A DNA stretch of 64,000 nt, taken from positions 128,001 through 192,000 of IMG/VR virus record IMGVR_UViG_3300045988_082442, one strand, 5' to 3'. The stretch is from a virus. Shown one piece after another: positions 40,855-51,163 of this stretch; the first letter of the stretch is position 1; each line of letters begins with the position of its first letter. Both the position numbers and the translations under genes were made by a program. The notes beneath the pieces were generated by a model. It saw nothing but the letters and a program-made list of their open reading frames with translations, ran no database searches and was not told the DNA's origin.

Positions 40855-42771
40855 ATGGGGTTTAGAGATAGAATGCAAAACTTTATGGAAAGCACATTCA
40901 AAGTCAGAATAATACCTAAACAAACACCAAGAGAAGGAATGGCTATTACATCTGAAAAGAACTCTTTACCAAACCAATTAGATGAAGCTGTTGAATCTGG
41001 AAAAAGGATTGACCTATCTGGATTAAGAGATTTAATGTCATTAAAAACAGATAGAAATGAGCAATATAAAGCTTACGAAGAAATGGTTGCAGATGGACGT
41101 ATAGGTGCAGCTGTTGAGATGTATGCTAACGATACAGTACAACAATCTCCAGAGGGTAAAGTTATTTGGGTAGAAAGCGATAATGCTGATGTAGCATCCT
41201 ATGGAAATAAACTATTAGAAGATTTAGGTGTTGCACAAAATCTTTGGAGTTGGGCATACTGTTTATGGTTATATGGTGACGTGTATTTAGAGTTATTTGA
41301 AAATACTTCTACATTAGGAAATAAACCAACATTATTGACAGAACCAGTAAATCATAATGCTAATTTCCAAAAACAAGTTCCTATTGAAGGAGCATATCTT
41401 GAAAGATATGTGGAAAAGGTTCCAAACCCAGCAGATGTATATGACCTACAATTCAAAGGTAAGACATCTGGATTTGTTAAATCAAGAGAACCATTAACAC
41501 CAACATATAAAAATAGAATAAACACATATAATGTTACATCATCAACTGAAAAGATAGATATATTATCTCCTATGAAGTTTGTTCATATATGTTTATCACC
41601 TAATATTTCAAGATACCCAGAGAAATTTAGTATAGTACAAGAAACACCAGATAATAAGAATGTGCATACAACTGGTGGAGATGCAATAAATGAAAATTCA
41701 GTAGGTGGATCTACTTATACTGTATTAAGAGGACAATCAATGTTAGAGAATGTATATGGACCATATCAAGCATTGAAACTAAAAGAAGATAGTATATTAT
41801 TAGAAAGAATAACAAAAGCTTCCATTACAAGAATTATACAAATAGAGCTAGGTGATATGCCAGAAAGTCAAAAAGACAGGGTATTAAGGGATTTAAAGGA
41901 ACAAATAGAACAACAACTTCAAATGAATAAATTTACTGGTGATATAAATAGCAGAGCAAGTGCTAACCCATCAGAGAATATAATCTACACAACTACTAAA
42001 AATGGTAAGGGTGTAATTAATACAGTAAATATTGGTGGAGAAGCAGATTTAGGTAATATAGAAGATATTACACAATCTGAGAATAAACTATATGGTGCTT
42101 TACAAGCTAATAAAGCAGCTTTAGGTGCAGATATGGATGGTACTGGATTATCAAATGGTGGTTCATTAACAGAATTAAACTCAATATATGCTAGAAGAAT
42201 AGTTAGAGGGCAAACAGCACTAACATCTGGAATAACTACTTTAATAAATATATTTGCATTAAAAGAAGGACTTGCAGTTACTCATGTAAATAACTTTAGA
42301 GTTAGAATGGTTAAACCAGTAACATCAGAAGATACAAGAAGAGATGATTTATTATCTAATAAGATTAGAAATGTAAGTGATTTACTAAATCTATTAAATG
42401 ATAAAGATATAATTGACTCAGTATCAAGATTAAAGATTATAGCTAACTTAATGGTTAACTACCTATCTCAACAAGATATTGCAGATGTATTAAATGAAAT
42501 ACTTGAATCTCAAGAAGCAGAAGTTGAAGATACAGATAAGGGAGATGGTGATGATACATTTGATGATATTACAACACATGGGGGTTCTGGAAGTAGTTTA
42601 AGAGAACCACCATCAGGAGGGGAAGCACCTAGTAAACCAAATAGCCCAGATTTAGATACTGAAACAGATACTGAAACAGAACCTAATACGCCAGATTTAG
42701 AATCTAATGTAGGAGCAGGTTCTACTGATGATATAGACTTATCAGAAATAGAAGGTAAAGATTTATTATAG
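40855..42771 (+). CDS. possible portal protein
   Basis: 638 aa. YKAYEEMVADGRIGAAVEMYANDT resembles a portal N-terminal segment. Acidic, low-complexity C-terminus. By eye only. Confidence 0.4.
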   Translation: MGFRDRMQNFMESTFKVRIIPKQTPREGMAITSEKNSLPNQLDEAVESGKRIDLSGLRDLMSLKTDRNEQYKAYEEMVADGRIGAAVEMYANDTVQQSPEGKVIWVESDNADVASYGNKLLEDLGVAQNLWSWAYCLWLYGDVYLELFENTSTLGNKPTLLTEPVNHNANFQKQVPIEGAYLERYVEKVPNPADVYDLQFKGKTSGFVKSREPLTPTYKNRINTYNVTSSTEKIDILSPMKFVHICLSPNISRYPEKFSIVQETPDNKNVHTTGGDAINENSVGGSTYTVLRGQSMLENVYGPYQALKLKEDSILLERITKASITRIIQIELGDMPESQKDRVLRDLKEQIEQQLQMNKFTGDINSRASANPSENIIYTTTKNGKGVINTVNIGGEADLGNIEDITQSENKLYGALQANKAALGADMDGTGLSNGGSLTELNSIYARRIVRGQTALTSGITTLINIFALKEGLAVTHVNNFRVRMVKPVTSEDTRRDDLLSNKIRNVSDLLNLLNDKDIIDSVSRLKIIANLMVNYLSQQDIADVLNEILESQEAEVEDTDKGDGDDTFDDITTHGGSGSSLREPPSGGEAPSKPNSPDLDTETDTETEPNTPDLESNVGAGSTDDIDLSEIEGKDLL

Positions 42772-42789
42772 AAAGGAGAGAGGGTTTGT

Positions 42790-43212
42790 ATGAAAGTTAA
42801 TATTATAAATGAATGTGATGGTGGCTTTACACAACCCTCTGCTATTTCTGGAATAAGGCAAGATATATTTAAAAGAAAAGTAGAGGAAGCTTCTATTGAT
42901 AGAAATTCAAAAGATGCTGGTATTCAGTTTAGAGATTTGGTAGAAAAGACACAGGATGAACTTAATGATTATATAGATATATCAGGATGGGACAATATAC
43001 CACAGAAAAATAAGGTTATAATAAAGAAATTTCAAGGTGAATTTGATAATATAATGAATAGCTATAGTACACCACCTAGAGATTTACCATTATATAAACT
43101 TTGGGATTTACTATCAGAAAAAGAACAAACTAAACTACTATATGAAATAGAAGAAATAAACAAACTTTTAGATAGGGGTTATGTAGTCAAGAAAGAAATA
43201 AAAAGAGTTTAA
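42790..43212 (+). CDS. hypothetical protein
   Basis: ORF track. Confidence 0.65.
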   Translation: MKVNIINECDGGFTQPSAISGIRQDIFKRKVEEASIDRNSKDAGIQFRDLVEKTQDELNDYIDISGWDNIPQKNKVIIKKFQGEFDNIMNSYSTPPRDLPLYKLWDLLSEKEQTKLLYEIEEINKLLDRGYVVKKEIKRV

Positions 43213-43220
43213 TAAAATGC

Positions 43221-43249
43221 TTGACAAAATTTAAAACTTATAATAAAAT
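43221..43249 (+). promoter_or_regulatory. sigma-70-like promoter (family)
   Basis: TTGACA, 17 nt, TAAAAT. Confidence 0.7.
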
Positions 43250-43287
43250 GTTATAAAGTTAAATTAAGAGATTGGAGGAATTATATA

Positions 43288-43641
43288 ATGGAAGAAGTAA
43301 ACATCTTAAATCCAGAGGATAAAGATTACTATGAAGGTAAACTATTTAGAGTTTGTATTTGGAGTGGTATGGGTTACAGTTTATACTCATACGATGTATA
43401 TGCAAATCACGAAGAAGAAGCTTTGAATCTTGCTGTTAAATATGCAGAAAGAGAAGGAGACCCAATTTTATTTAGCTGGGATGAAGTTGAACAAGATGCA
43501 GAGGAAAATGATGAGGGTGATGATGCAGAATCATATATAGATGAATATTATGTTTATGTAGATGCAACTATGGAGGGAGCAGAGAATCCTTGGTTTATAT
43601 TAAGGGAAAATTTAAGAATAGAAAGATTGGAGGAAAATTAA
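43288..43641 (+). CDS. acidic hypothetical protein
   Basis: ORF track; GGAGG RBS. Confidence 0.65.
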   Translation: MEEVNILNPEDKDYYEGKLFRVCIWSGMGYSLYSYDVYANHEEEALNLAVKYAEREGDPILFSWDEVEQDAEENDEGDDAESYIDEYYVYVDATMEGAENPWFILRENLRIERLEEN

Positions 43642-43642
43642 A

Positions 43643-44794
43643 ATGGCAAATGTAAATAAGATTGCAAAATTTCTAAAAGATAGTGTTGAAGAACTTATTA
43701 AAATAGACGAGGGTTGCTGTGAGCTTAAACTTGATGATGACTTATCATTATTTGTAGGTTGGTCAGGTGGTTATGATAATCAACCAGACAATACAATAAT
43801 TCAAAGCAAAAATGACCCAGAATATGCTATAAATGCTGGTATTAAATCAAACCATGAATATCTAAAAACAGACTTTGATTGGTTAAATTATCCTTATGAA
43901 GAGGAAAGCGGAGAAGTTTGGGATTCAGGAATAACAATATCTCCAAATGAAGATTATGAAAAAGATGCTCAATGGTTTGTAGACCAATATGCAGAAATAA
44001 GAACAGCATTAGATAAAGGTGAAATAGTATTAGAAAGTAAGAAAGTAGAAAATGTATATAAAAGTGAAGATATAACATTTCAAGAAATAGAAGCAAGAAT
44101 GGATAATGCTGAAGACTATGCAGATTTATATGAGGCAGCAAGTCTAATAGCAGATACAAGTTTAAGAATAGATGTAGAAAATCTAATTGGACAATGTGAA
44201 GATGATGAAGATGAAATAGACCAAGCAGTATCAATTATATGTAGTGATTTATTAGACGCTTATGCAAATGAAGAAAATGTAGAACATTTTGAAGAAAGCA
44301 AAAAAGTAGGAGAAAAGAAACTACAAGAAGATTGGGCAGAGGATGTTGACTTTGTTGCAGACTATGTATTAGCAAATGTAGATGGAAAAGACAATGTTGA
44401 ATTTGAAGATTTAAGAAATATCATACATGATGGTTTAAAAGAATTTTACCCAGAAATGAGTGAAGAAGAATTAGAAGATAAAGAATCTGATATAGAACCA
44501 GATATAAGAACTATATTATCTTTAAATGGTTATGGTACAGACTTTGTAACAGGGAATGTAACAACAGACATTGATAGTTTAGAAGAAGGCAAGAAGATAG
44601 AAGAAAAAGATACTAAACAAGAATATCAAGACTATTGTAAAGATTTAAAAATAGATGCTAATAAGAAATCTTCTGTAAATAAATTCTTAAATGACTATGC
44701 TCAAAATTATACTAAAATGAATGGTGTGTCTAATCTACAATCAGAAATTGACAGAGTTAAGAAAGAACTAAGAGAAAGTATTACAAGAAAATAA
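43643..44794 (+). CDS. acidic hypothetical protein
   Basis: ORF track; D/E-rich. Confidence 0.65.
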   Translation: MANVNKIAKFLKDSVEELIKIDEGCCELKLDDDLSLFVGWSGGYDNQPDNTIIQSKNDPEYAINAGIKSNHEYLKTDFDWLNYPYEEESGEVWDSGITISPNEDYEKDAQWFVDQYAEIRTALDKGEIVLESKKVENVYKSEDITFQEIEARMDNAEDYADLYEAASLIADTSLRIDVENLIGQCEDDEDEIDQAVSIICSDLLDAYANEENVEHFEESKKVGEKKLQEDWAEDVDFVADYVLANVDGKDNVEFEDLRNIIHDGLKEFYPEMSEEELEDKESDIEPDIRTILSLNGYGTDFVTGNVTTDIDSLEEGKKIEEKDTKQEYQDYCKDLKIDANKKSSVNKFLNDYAQNYTKMNGVSNLQSEIDRVKKELRESITRK

Positions 44795-44864
44795 TAAATA
44801 ATTACCAGTAAAGAGGATTTATATAAAATCCTCTTGAATGGGATTTATATAAAGGAGTAATGAT

Positions 44865-45158
44865 ATGGCAAAGCAAATTGTTGAATATAAAGTAAAAGAC
44901 AGAGCTTCTTTAAATGAACTTGAAAATAAAGTAAAGAATGCCAGAAATAGTAACGATTATATCCTTATCAAGTTTGGTAGAAAAGGAGAATTTATTAGAG
45001 TAGATTTTGCAAAAGACCAAACTTATGGTGTTTCACATAACCTATACAATATGGAATTTATAGTTAAGTTAAATGTTATGACAAGACAATATAAAGTAGT
45101 AAATATTAGAAAGATTGCTGATTTCATATTTGATTGGGTTAATAGATTAAATCGTTAG
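44865..45158 (+). CDS. hypothetical protein
   Basis: ORF track. Confidence 0.6.
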   Translation: MAKQIVEYKVKDRASLNELENKVKNARNSNDYILIKFGRKGEFIRVDFAKDQTYGVSHNLYNMEFIVKLNVMTRQYKVVNIRKIADFIFDWVNRLNR

Positions 45159-45182
45159 GCGTCAGGTTCGGTTCTGTGCCAA
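45158..45182 (+). repeat. GC-rich intergenic element, partial copy
   Basis: GGCGTCAGG shared with 56973-56981, followed by TTCGGTTCTGTGCC. Confidence 0.35.
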
Positions 45183-45225
45183 TTTAATTACATAGGTAAT
45201 AAATTTATATAGGAGGTTAGTAAAA

Positions 45226-47277
45226 ATGGAAAATAATCAAAAAGAAATCATTGACATTGCATTAGATAGACTAAACCAAGAAGGATTATGGTTTACTACA
45301 AAAGAAGATAAACTATATGCTAATGCAAAAGATTTATACAAACTAGATAAGTTTGGTGAACTAGAAGATAAATCAAAAGAAAGACTAATTGCTGAAGTGG
45401 AATCATATTTAGGCGATGGAGCTACATTTATTATAGAAGCAGTAGACCAATGGATAGAGGATAATATTGCAGAAGGATTATTAGGTTATGTAGATACATT
45501 AGCTATGGATTTTGAAATTCCAGAAGCAGTTGAAAATACAAATTCTTATTCTGAACAAGGTGTTGATAATTTAGAAACAACAGTTGCTAAAGAAGCAGAC
45601 AAAGCTAAAAAAGAAGAAGGAAAAAAGATAGTGGAAGATAACGATAGAGATTTTGATGTATATCAACAATACATAATGAGTAATGTTTATTGTGATAATG
45701 AAACAATGATGACAAGCCCAGAAATAATAGAAGATAATGCTGGTTTAATAGCAGAAGATGCTGCTAAAGAAGTTGTTGCACAAATATTTGATGGGAAAGA
45801 ACCAGAGGGAATATATCAAGCAACATTAGAAGATTATACAGAAGAAATAAAAAGAGTTATCTTAGCAAATATTGACAGAATTGTATATCTTCAAAATACA
45901 GAACAAGAAGAGTTAAATGCAAAACTAACAGAAGCAAAAGCAGATGGTTATTCAAAACCAGTTAAAGTAGATGGTAAATGGTTTAGATATAATTATAAAT
46001 ATAATGAATTAGAATATATAACACATTCTAGTAATGAATTTGGACCTATTGAAGTAATAGATAGTATAGGTGTTGACCCAGAAGATTGGAGAGAAGATAA
46101 AGACTTATGTATTCAAAGATTTTTAGAAGATATTAAATCAGAAGAAGATGTAGATATATCAGAATTTGATAGTTTATTTCCTAAAAAATTAAAAGAAATA
46201 AGCAGTAAAGTAAATTGTATGCACTATGCTTATAATGAACCAAATGTATATAGGTATATGTTTACAAATAAGAAAGATGCTGAAGAAGCTAAATCTATTT
46301 TAGGTCAATACGGAAAAGTAGAAGAAGTAGACCCTATGGAATTTTCTGAATATGAAGATAAGAAAGACTTAGATAAAGCAAAAGCATGTCTTGTAGTTAC
46401 ATTTAATTCTGGTGTTTTAACTGAAAGTAAGAAAGAGGAAGATGCTGGTAGTGATGATAATACATTATCAATGGATGTAATTAAATTCTTAAAGAATACA
46501 ACATATAAAAATAAACCAGTTGCAGTATTAGATTATGAAGGTGTTGAAGATACATTTGGAAATGAATATATAGTTAGAATGAGAGTTTATATTGAAGAAG
46601 CAGATGGAGATTATAGACTTGTAATTAAAGGCTCTTATACTAATGAAAATGGAACACCTTTTGCTTGGAGCAATGGTGGTTGGGAAGATAAATCAGGTTA
46701 CACAAGGGAATTTACTATAAATGAAGCTGAAGTAGAACAACTATGCCAAGCTATTATAACAAAAGACGAAGATGAATTATATGGTTTCCTTGAAACATAC
46801 GATAACAATTTCAGAGATGACTTTGCTTCTTATCTTGCAAAAGGTTATGACAAATATAGTGATGAAGGAAAGAAGGATAAATCTGTAAATTTTAATGAAG
46901 CCCTTGATGTTAAATCTAACAGAAAGGCTCTAACAGAGGGGGCTAGAGAAAGACTTGATGAAAGAAATGAACAAAGTGCCTCTATCATAGATAAAGCTTT
47001 ACAAGGAATATCAGAAGATACATCTGATAAAGAAAGTGGAATAATAATTAAAACAAGTGAACTATTTAAGAAACTATCAGACAGGGGATATGACGTACAA
47101 GTAAGTTTTGATAATGGGGAAAGTACAAGTTCAATAGCTATTGGACAACAAGGTGCAAATGTTCTTATAACAATAACAGATGCTGACCAACCATTAAGAG
47201 CCTTTATTAGTGGAAATCTTGAAATAAATGATGACAGTTTAAAAATGATAAAGAGTATAATGGAGGTGCTTAAATAA
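45226..47277 (+). CDS. large acidic hypothetical protein
   Basis: ORF track; 683 aa; D/E-rich. Confidence 0.7.
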   Translation: MENNQKEIIDIALDRLNQEGLWFTTKEDKLYANAKDLYKLDKFGELEDKSKERLIAEVESYLGDGATFIIEAVDQWIEDNIAEGLLGYVDTLAMDFEIPEAVENTNSYSEQGVDNLETTVAKEADKAKKEEGKKIVEDNDRDFDVYQQYIMSNVYCDNETMMTSPEIIEDNAGLIAEDAAKEVVAQIFDGKEPEGIYQATLEDYTEEIKRVILANIDRIVYLQNTEQEELNAKLTEAKADGYSKPVKVDGKWFRYNYKYNELEYITHSSNEFGPIEVIDSIGVDPEDWREDKDLCIQRFLEDIKSEEDVDISEFDSLFPKKLKEISSKVNCMHYAYNEPNVYRYMFTNKKDAEEAKSILGQYGKVEEVDPMEFSEYEDKKDLDKAKACLVVTFNSGVLTESKKEEDAGSDDNTLSMDVIKFLKNTTYKNKPVAVLDYEGVEDTFGNEYIVRMRVYIEEADGDYRLVIKGSYTNENGTPFAWSNGGWEDKSGYTREFTINEAEVEQLCQAIITKDEDELYGFLETYDNNFRDDFASYLAKGYDKYSDEGKKDKSVNFNEALDVKSNRKALTEGARERLDERNEQSASIIDKALQGISEDTSDKESGIIIKTSELFKKLSDRGYDVQVSFDNGESTSSIAIGQQGANVLITITDADQPLRAFISGNLEINDDSLKMIKSIMEVLK

Positions 47278-48071
47278 TGAATATTACAGATTTAATTGGG
47301 GAAGATAAAGTTGATAGTATGATAAGAAATAACCCTTGCTTTGGTTTTGTAGAAAATTATACAATAGATGGTGATATTCTTACTATCAAATCAAAAATGT
47401 CAATTACCTATTATAGACTAAAAGAAGATAACGGAGTTATGTATGCCTATATGATAGGATTAGATGGTAGCCAATTAGGGGATGAATTTCCCCTTGATTG
47501 GCAAGAGGCAGAAGCTGATGGTTTAGTAGAAGAAAAAGAATTACCTGAAGATTTCAATGAAGATGAGTTAGATAGCAGAAAACAAAACCTACAAGAAAGT
47601 GTAAATTGGAGTTACTTTGACAAATTTAGAGATGTAATAGATAAATTTATGCCAGACCAAGGAGAGGGAGAAACTTATGCTTCTCAAATAGCAACTGCCA
47701 TAAATAAATTAGTTTATAAATGGTACAATGATGGTGATGTTTATGATAACAGCTGTTATTTAGAAGGATGGGCTAATGATTTATCTGACTATGCAAACTG
47801 GTTAGCAAAAAATGTTGACGGTGCAAAAGATATACTTGACAATATCTTTGAAGCTAGAAACGATAGTGATTACGAAAACATTTTAAAAGCACTTGCAGAC
47901 AATTATTTATCTATGGAATTTTTAGATAGAGCATCTGAAAAATCTAAAACTGGAAGCATTTATGATTGTGCTGGAGATTATAGTTTTGATGAACATAGAT
48001 GGGATGAAGATGAGGACGACTATTGGGAAGATGATTATGATGAAGATGAGGAAGATGAGGAGGATTACTAA
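47277..48071 (+). CDS. acidic hypothetical protein with poly-D/E tail
   Basis: ORF track; ends WDEDEDDYWEDDYDEDEEDEEDY. Confidence 0.7.
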   Translation: MNITDLIGEDKVDSMIRNNPCFGFVENYTIDGDILTIKSKMSITYYRLKEDNGVMYAYMIGLDGSQLGDEFPLDWQEAEADGLVEEKELPEDFNEDELDSRKQNLQESVNWSYFDKFRDVIDKFMPDQGEGETYASQIATAINKLVYKWYNDGDVYDNSCYLEGWANDLSDYANWLAKNVDGAKDILDNIFEARNDSDYENILKALADNYLSMEFLDRASEKSKTGSIYDCAGDYSFDEHRWDEDEDDYWEDDYDEDEEDEEDY

Positions 48072-48658
48072 TGGATGAGGTTGCAGATTATATAAATAAT
48101 ATGGAACAAGATATGCCAGTAGAATATTCTACACTTCTATTCAATAATAAATGGGAGTATCTATTAGATGCAGCAAAAGATAGAAAGAGAGCAATAAATA
48201 AAGCATTTAAAGATAAAAGTTGTAGATACTCTGATTCTTTTCTAAGAACTCAACTAGACATAACAGAAAGAGCAATAGATGAGTTAAAGAGAAGAAGTAA
48301 GGAGGAAACTATGAAAAAGGAAAATCTAAACGAAGCAGTTGATAAAGATATATTTGATGAAAGAGATAAAAAGATATTCCAAGATTTAAAAGATAAAGAA
48401 GAACCAGAAACTGTTTATGATTTACTTGTTGCAAGAATTGGACAAGAAATAACAGTTGGAGAATTAAATACAGTTCTACAAAGCATCTTTGGTAAATATG
48501 ATGATATATTCTTACTTGAAAATGATTTGTATAATGCAGATAGAGACCAATTACAAGATTTAGTAATTTGGGATGACGATGATGAATATACACTTACATT
48601 TAAAGTAATTGATATGTTAGATGGAACTATTGAACTTACTGATGTCAATGTGGAATAA
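48071..48658 (+). CDS. acidic hypothetical protein
   Basis: ORF track; start overlaps the upstream stop. Confidence 0.65.
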   Translation: MDEVADYINNMEQDMPVEYSTLLFNNKWEYLLDAAKDRKRAINKAFKDKSCRYSDSFLRTQLDITERAIDELKRRSKEETMKKENLNEAVDKDIFDERDKKIFQDLKDKEEPETVYDLLVARIGQEITVGELNTVLQSIFGKYDDIFLLENDLYNADRDQLQDLVIWDDDDEYTLTFKVIDMLDGTIELTDVNVE

Positions 48659-48687
48659 AACAAATACCATAAGTTTTGAAAAACCCC

Positions 48688-48716
48688 TTGACAAGATTTA
48701 AAACTTATGGCATTAT
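48688..48716 (+). promoter_or_regulatory. sigma-70-like promoter (family, weaker -10)
   Basis: TTGACA, 17 nt, CATTAT. Confidence 0.5.
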
Positions 48717-48744
48717 TCATATAATAATTTAAGGAGGTAAGTGT

Positions 48745-51093
48745 ATGAGATTAGAAGAAAGTCATTTAGATGATTACCTTGCAGACAATGAATATGCAGT
48801 AACTTACATAGACGGGGAAGGTAAAGAAAAACAGATTAAATTTAAACCTAATAAGAACACTAATATTGCAGGTATTCAAAAACAATTAGGTGAAACATAT
48901 AAAGATTTCTTTAAGTTAAAAGAAATCAAAGGAGGAGAAAAAATGCAAGAAAGTAAAAATATTAAGGACTTAACATTAGCAGAAAGAATATTGTTAAATG
49001 CAATCAAGACAGTAAATAGTGCTTATGATTTAGATAATGTAGTTTGCACAACGATACCATCTACTGGAGATGTATTAGTATCAACTAAAGATGGTAAGGA
49101 TATATGCACAATAGCAAGACATAAATTTGCAATAAATGGTGATGACACAGAACTTATTGATGAATTAAGATTTAATGGTTATTGGAAAGAACCAGACTTT
49201 GAGGATAAAGATACATTAGAGGAAGAAGTTTTAATTGAAAAAGATGGTAAATACGATACAATGGCATTTGCACAATGGCTACCAATGTCATTTACAGATT
49301 ATGTTGATAGTCATATTAAAGATGATTATGAAGAAATGGGAAGTAACTATAATAAGATAGAAAACTTTATTGAAGATTATGTATTACAATATCAAGAGGA
49401 CCATTTAGATGCAGAAGAGCAAGAAGAGTTTGAATATGATTTAGCAAAAGATTATGTTAGATATAAATTAGATAATATTGAAAAGAAGGAAGAAAAAGTA
49501 TTAACATTATCAAATGGTAAATTCAAAAAAGGAGACATATATGTAAATGGTAATGGTGCATTGATTAGAATAACAGATTATACAAAATCAGGAACACCTC
49601 AATATGATATAGGTATGCCAACAGATTTTGCAATGGGTACTCACACTTGTAAAGGAATGGCAAGTGATGAGGAATTACAAGCACTTTTAGATAATAATGG
49701 ATATAGAAAGATAAGTGAAAGCAGGGAAATCAAAACAGAAGCATCTGCTTTATCAGCAAAAGACGAAGCAAATACAGTTATAGTAAATAAAAATCAATTT
49801 GGGTATAATACAATAGCAATAATAATAGATGACACAAATAAAAGATACCAATTAGTATCTGGACAATCATTACCAAATGGAAGATATAAGAAAGCATCAA
49901 AGAAAGCAATTAGACAAAAAGCTGAAGATTTAAAAGCATCTGGTTATACAGAAGTTAAAGGTCCTAATAGTTTAAGTGAATCAGTAGAACTAAAGACTGG
50001 TTCTGCTGAAGATATAATGAAAGGTAAAGCATTCTCTGTAAAAGATACAGAAATATTAAATACAGTTATGGATGCTTTAAAATCAGAATTAGGTCCAGAT
50101 TGGGAAGGAAAATCATTGATAGATATTGAAGATATAACATTTAATACTATTGATGAATATTCAAAAGACCATAATGAAGATATAGACCCACAACCATACT
50201 ATACACAACTAAAGATGTTGATTGGTAGAAATGATTTATCAGAAGGTAAAGATACAAAATCAGATGAATTGAGTAAAGAAGATATTGTTAATTTATTAGA
50301 TAATGGTCATATCTTAACTGCTGGTAAAAAGAACTATACACCAACAGAGTTCTTATCTGAAAAAGGTAAGATTTACTTTAACAATAGAGAAATTAGCTTT
50401 GGTTGGCAAGAACATCCTAGCTTAAAAACTGCTGATGATTTAGCAGATTTCCTATTAAATTTACAAAAAGAAGGATTTGAAGTAACACATAGTGATAGAA
50501 CAGAAAAGGACACAATTACTGAGAGTGCTTCAAAAGAAGATACACTAACAAAACTTGCAAATAAGATACTAGATTTCTATGGGGAAGATATGGGAAATTA
50601 TTTTGATGAGATAGCAGGAAAAGAAGAAGATGTTTTTAATAATATACTTTCTTCACTAGAAAATAAAGATGAAAGTGATATAAATAAGTTTATAGAAGAT
50701 ATGGAAGAAGACGAAGGTAATGAAGATACTGTAAATCAACTTAAATCTATATTAAATGAATGTAAAGAAACACTTATAGAAAAAGATGAAGTAGATGAAC
50801 CAGATACAGTAATTGAGTATGGTATATTATTTGAAAATGGTGATGATGAATTTTATTCAGATAAAGAAGAAGCTGATAAAAGATTTCAAGAAATTATAGA
50901 TAATGGAAACCTAGAAGATGTTGTTCAATACTATAAGAAAGAATGGATAAAAGGGGAAAAAGATTACGAAGAAGGAGATGTAGAGGTATATTACACAGAA
51001 GGTGATATTCTACATGAAGAATTATTTGGTGCTTCTGACAAAGTATATCAAGATAGTAAAGAAAAAGGTTTATATTCAGAAAACTTAAAATAA
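48745..51093 (+). CDS. large acidic hypothetical protein
   Basis: ORF track; 782 aa. Confidence 0.7.
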   Translation: MRLEESHLDDYLADNEYAVTYIDGEGKEKQIKFKPNKNTNIAGIQKQLGETYKDFFKLKEIKGGEKMQESKNIKDLTLAERILLNAIKTVNSAYDLDNVVCTTIPSTGDVLVSTKDGKDICTIARHKFAINGDDTELIDELRFNGYWKEPDFEDKDTLEEEVLIEKDGKYDTMAFAQWLPMSFTDYVDSHIKDDYEEMGSNYNKIENFIEDYVLQYQEDHLDAEEQEEFEYDLAKDYVRYKLDNIEKKEEKVLTLSNGKFKKGDIYVNGNGALIRITDYTKSGTPQYDIGMPTDFAMGTHTCKGMASDEELQALLDNNGYRKISESREIKTEASALSAKDEANTVIVNKNQFGYNTIAIIIDDTNKRYQLVSGQSLPNGRYKKASKKAIRQKAEDLKASGYTEVKGPNSLSESVELKTGSAEDIMKGKAFSVKDTEILNTVMDALKSELGPDWEGKSLIDIEDITFNTIDEYSKDHNEDIDPQPYYTQLKMLIGRNDLSEGKDTKSDELSKEDIVNLLDNGHILTAGKKNYTPTEFLSEKGKIYFNNREISFGWQEHPSLKTADDLADFLLNLQKEGFEVTHSDRTEKDTITESASKEDTLTKLANKILDFYGEDMGNYFDEIAGKEEDVFNNILSSLENKDESDINKFIEDMEEDEGNEDTVNQLKSILNECKETLIEKDEVDEPDTVIEYGILFENGDDEFYSDKEEADKRFQEIIDNGNLEDVVQYYKKEWIKGEKDYEEGDVEVYYTEGDILHEELFGASDKVYQDSKEKGLYSENLK

Positions 51094-51096
51094 ATC

Positions 51097-51112
51097 ATAA
51101 AATATTAATGAG
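51097..51112 (+). promoter_or_regulatory. late-promoter-like motif (variant ATAAAATATTAATGAG)
   Basis: Overlaps hairpin AATGAGGGCTG..CAGCCCTCATT. Confidence 0.4.
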
Positions 51113-51163
51113 GGCTGTATATGTCTTGCAGCCCTCATTTTAAATAAGATAGGAGGAATTATA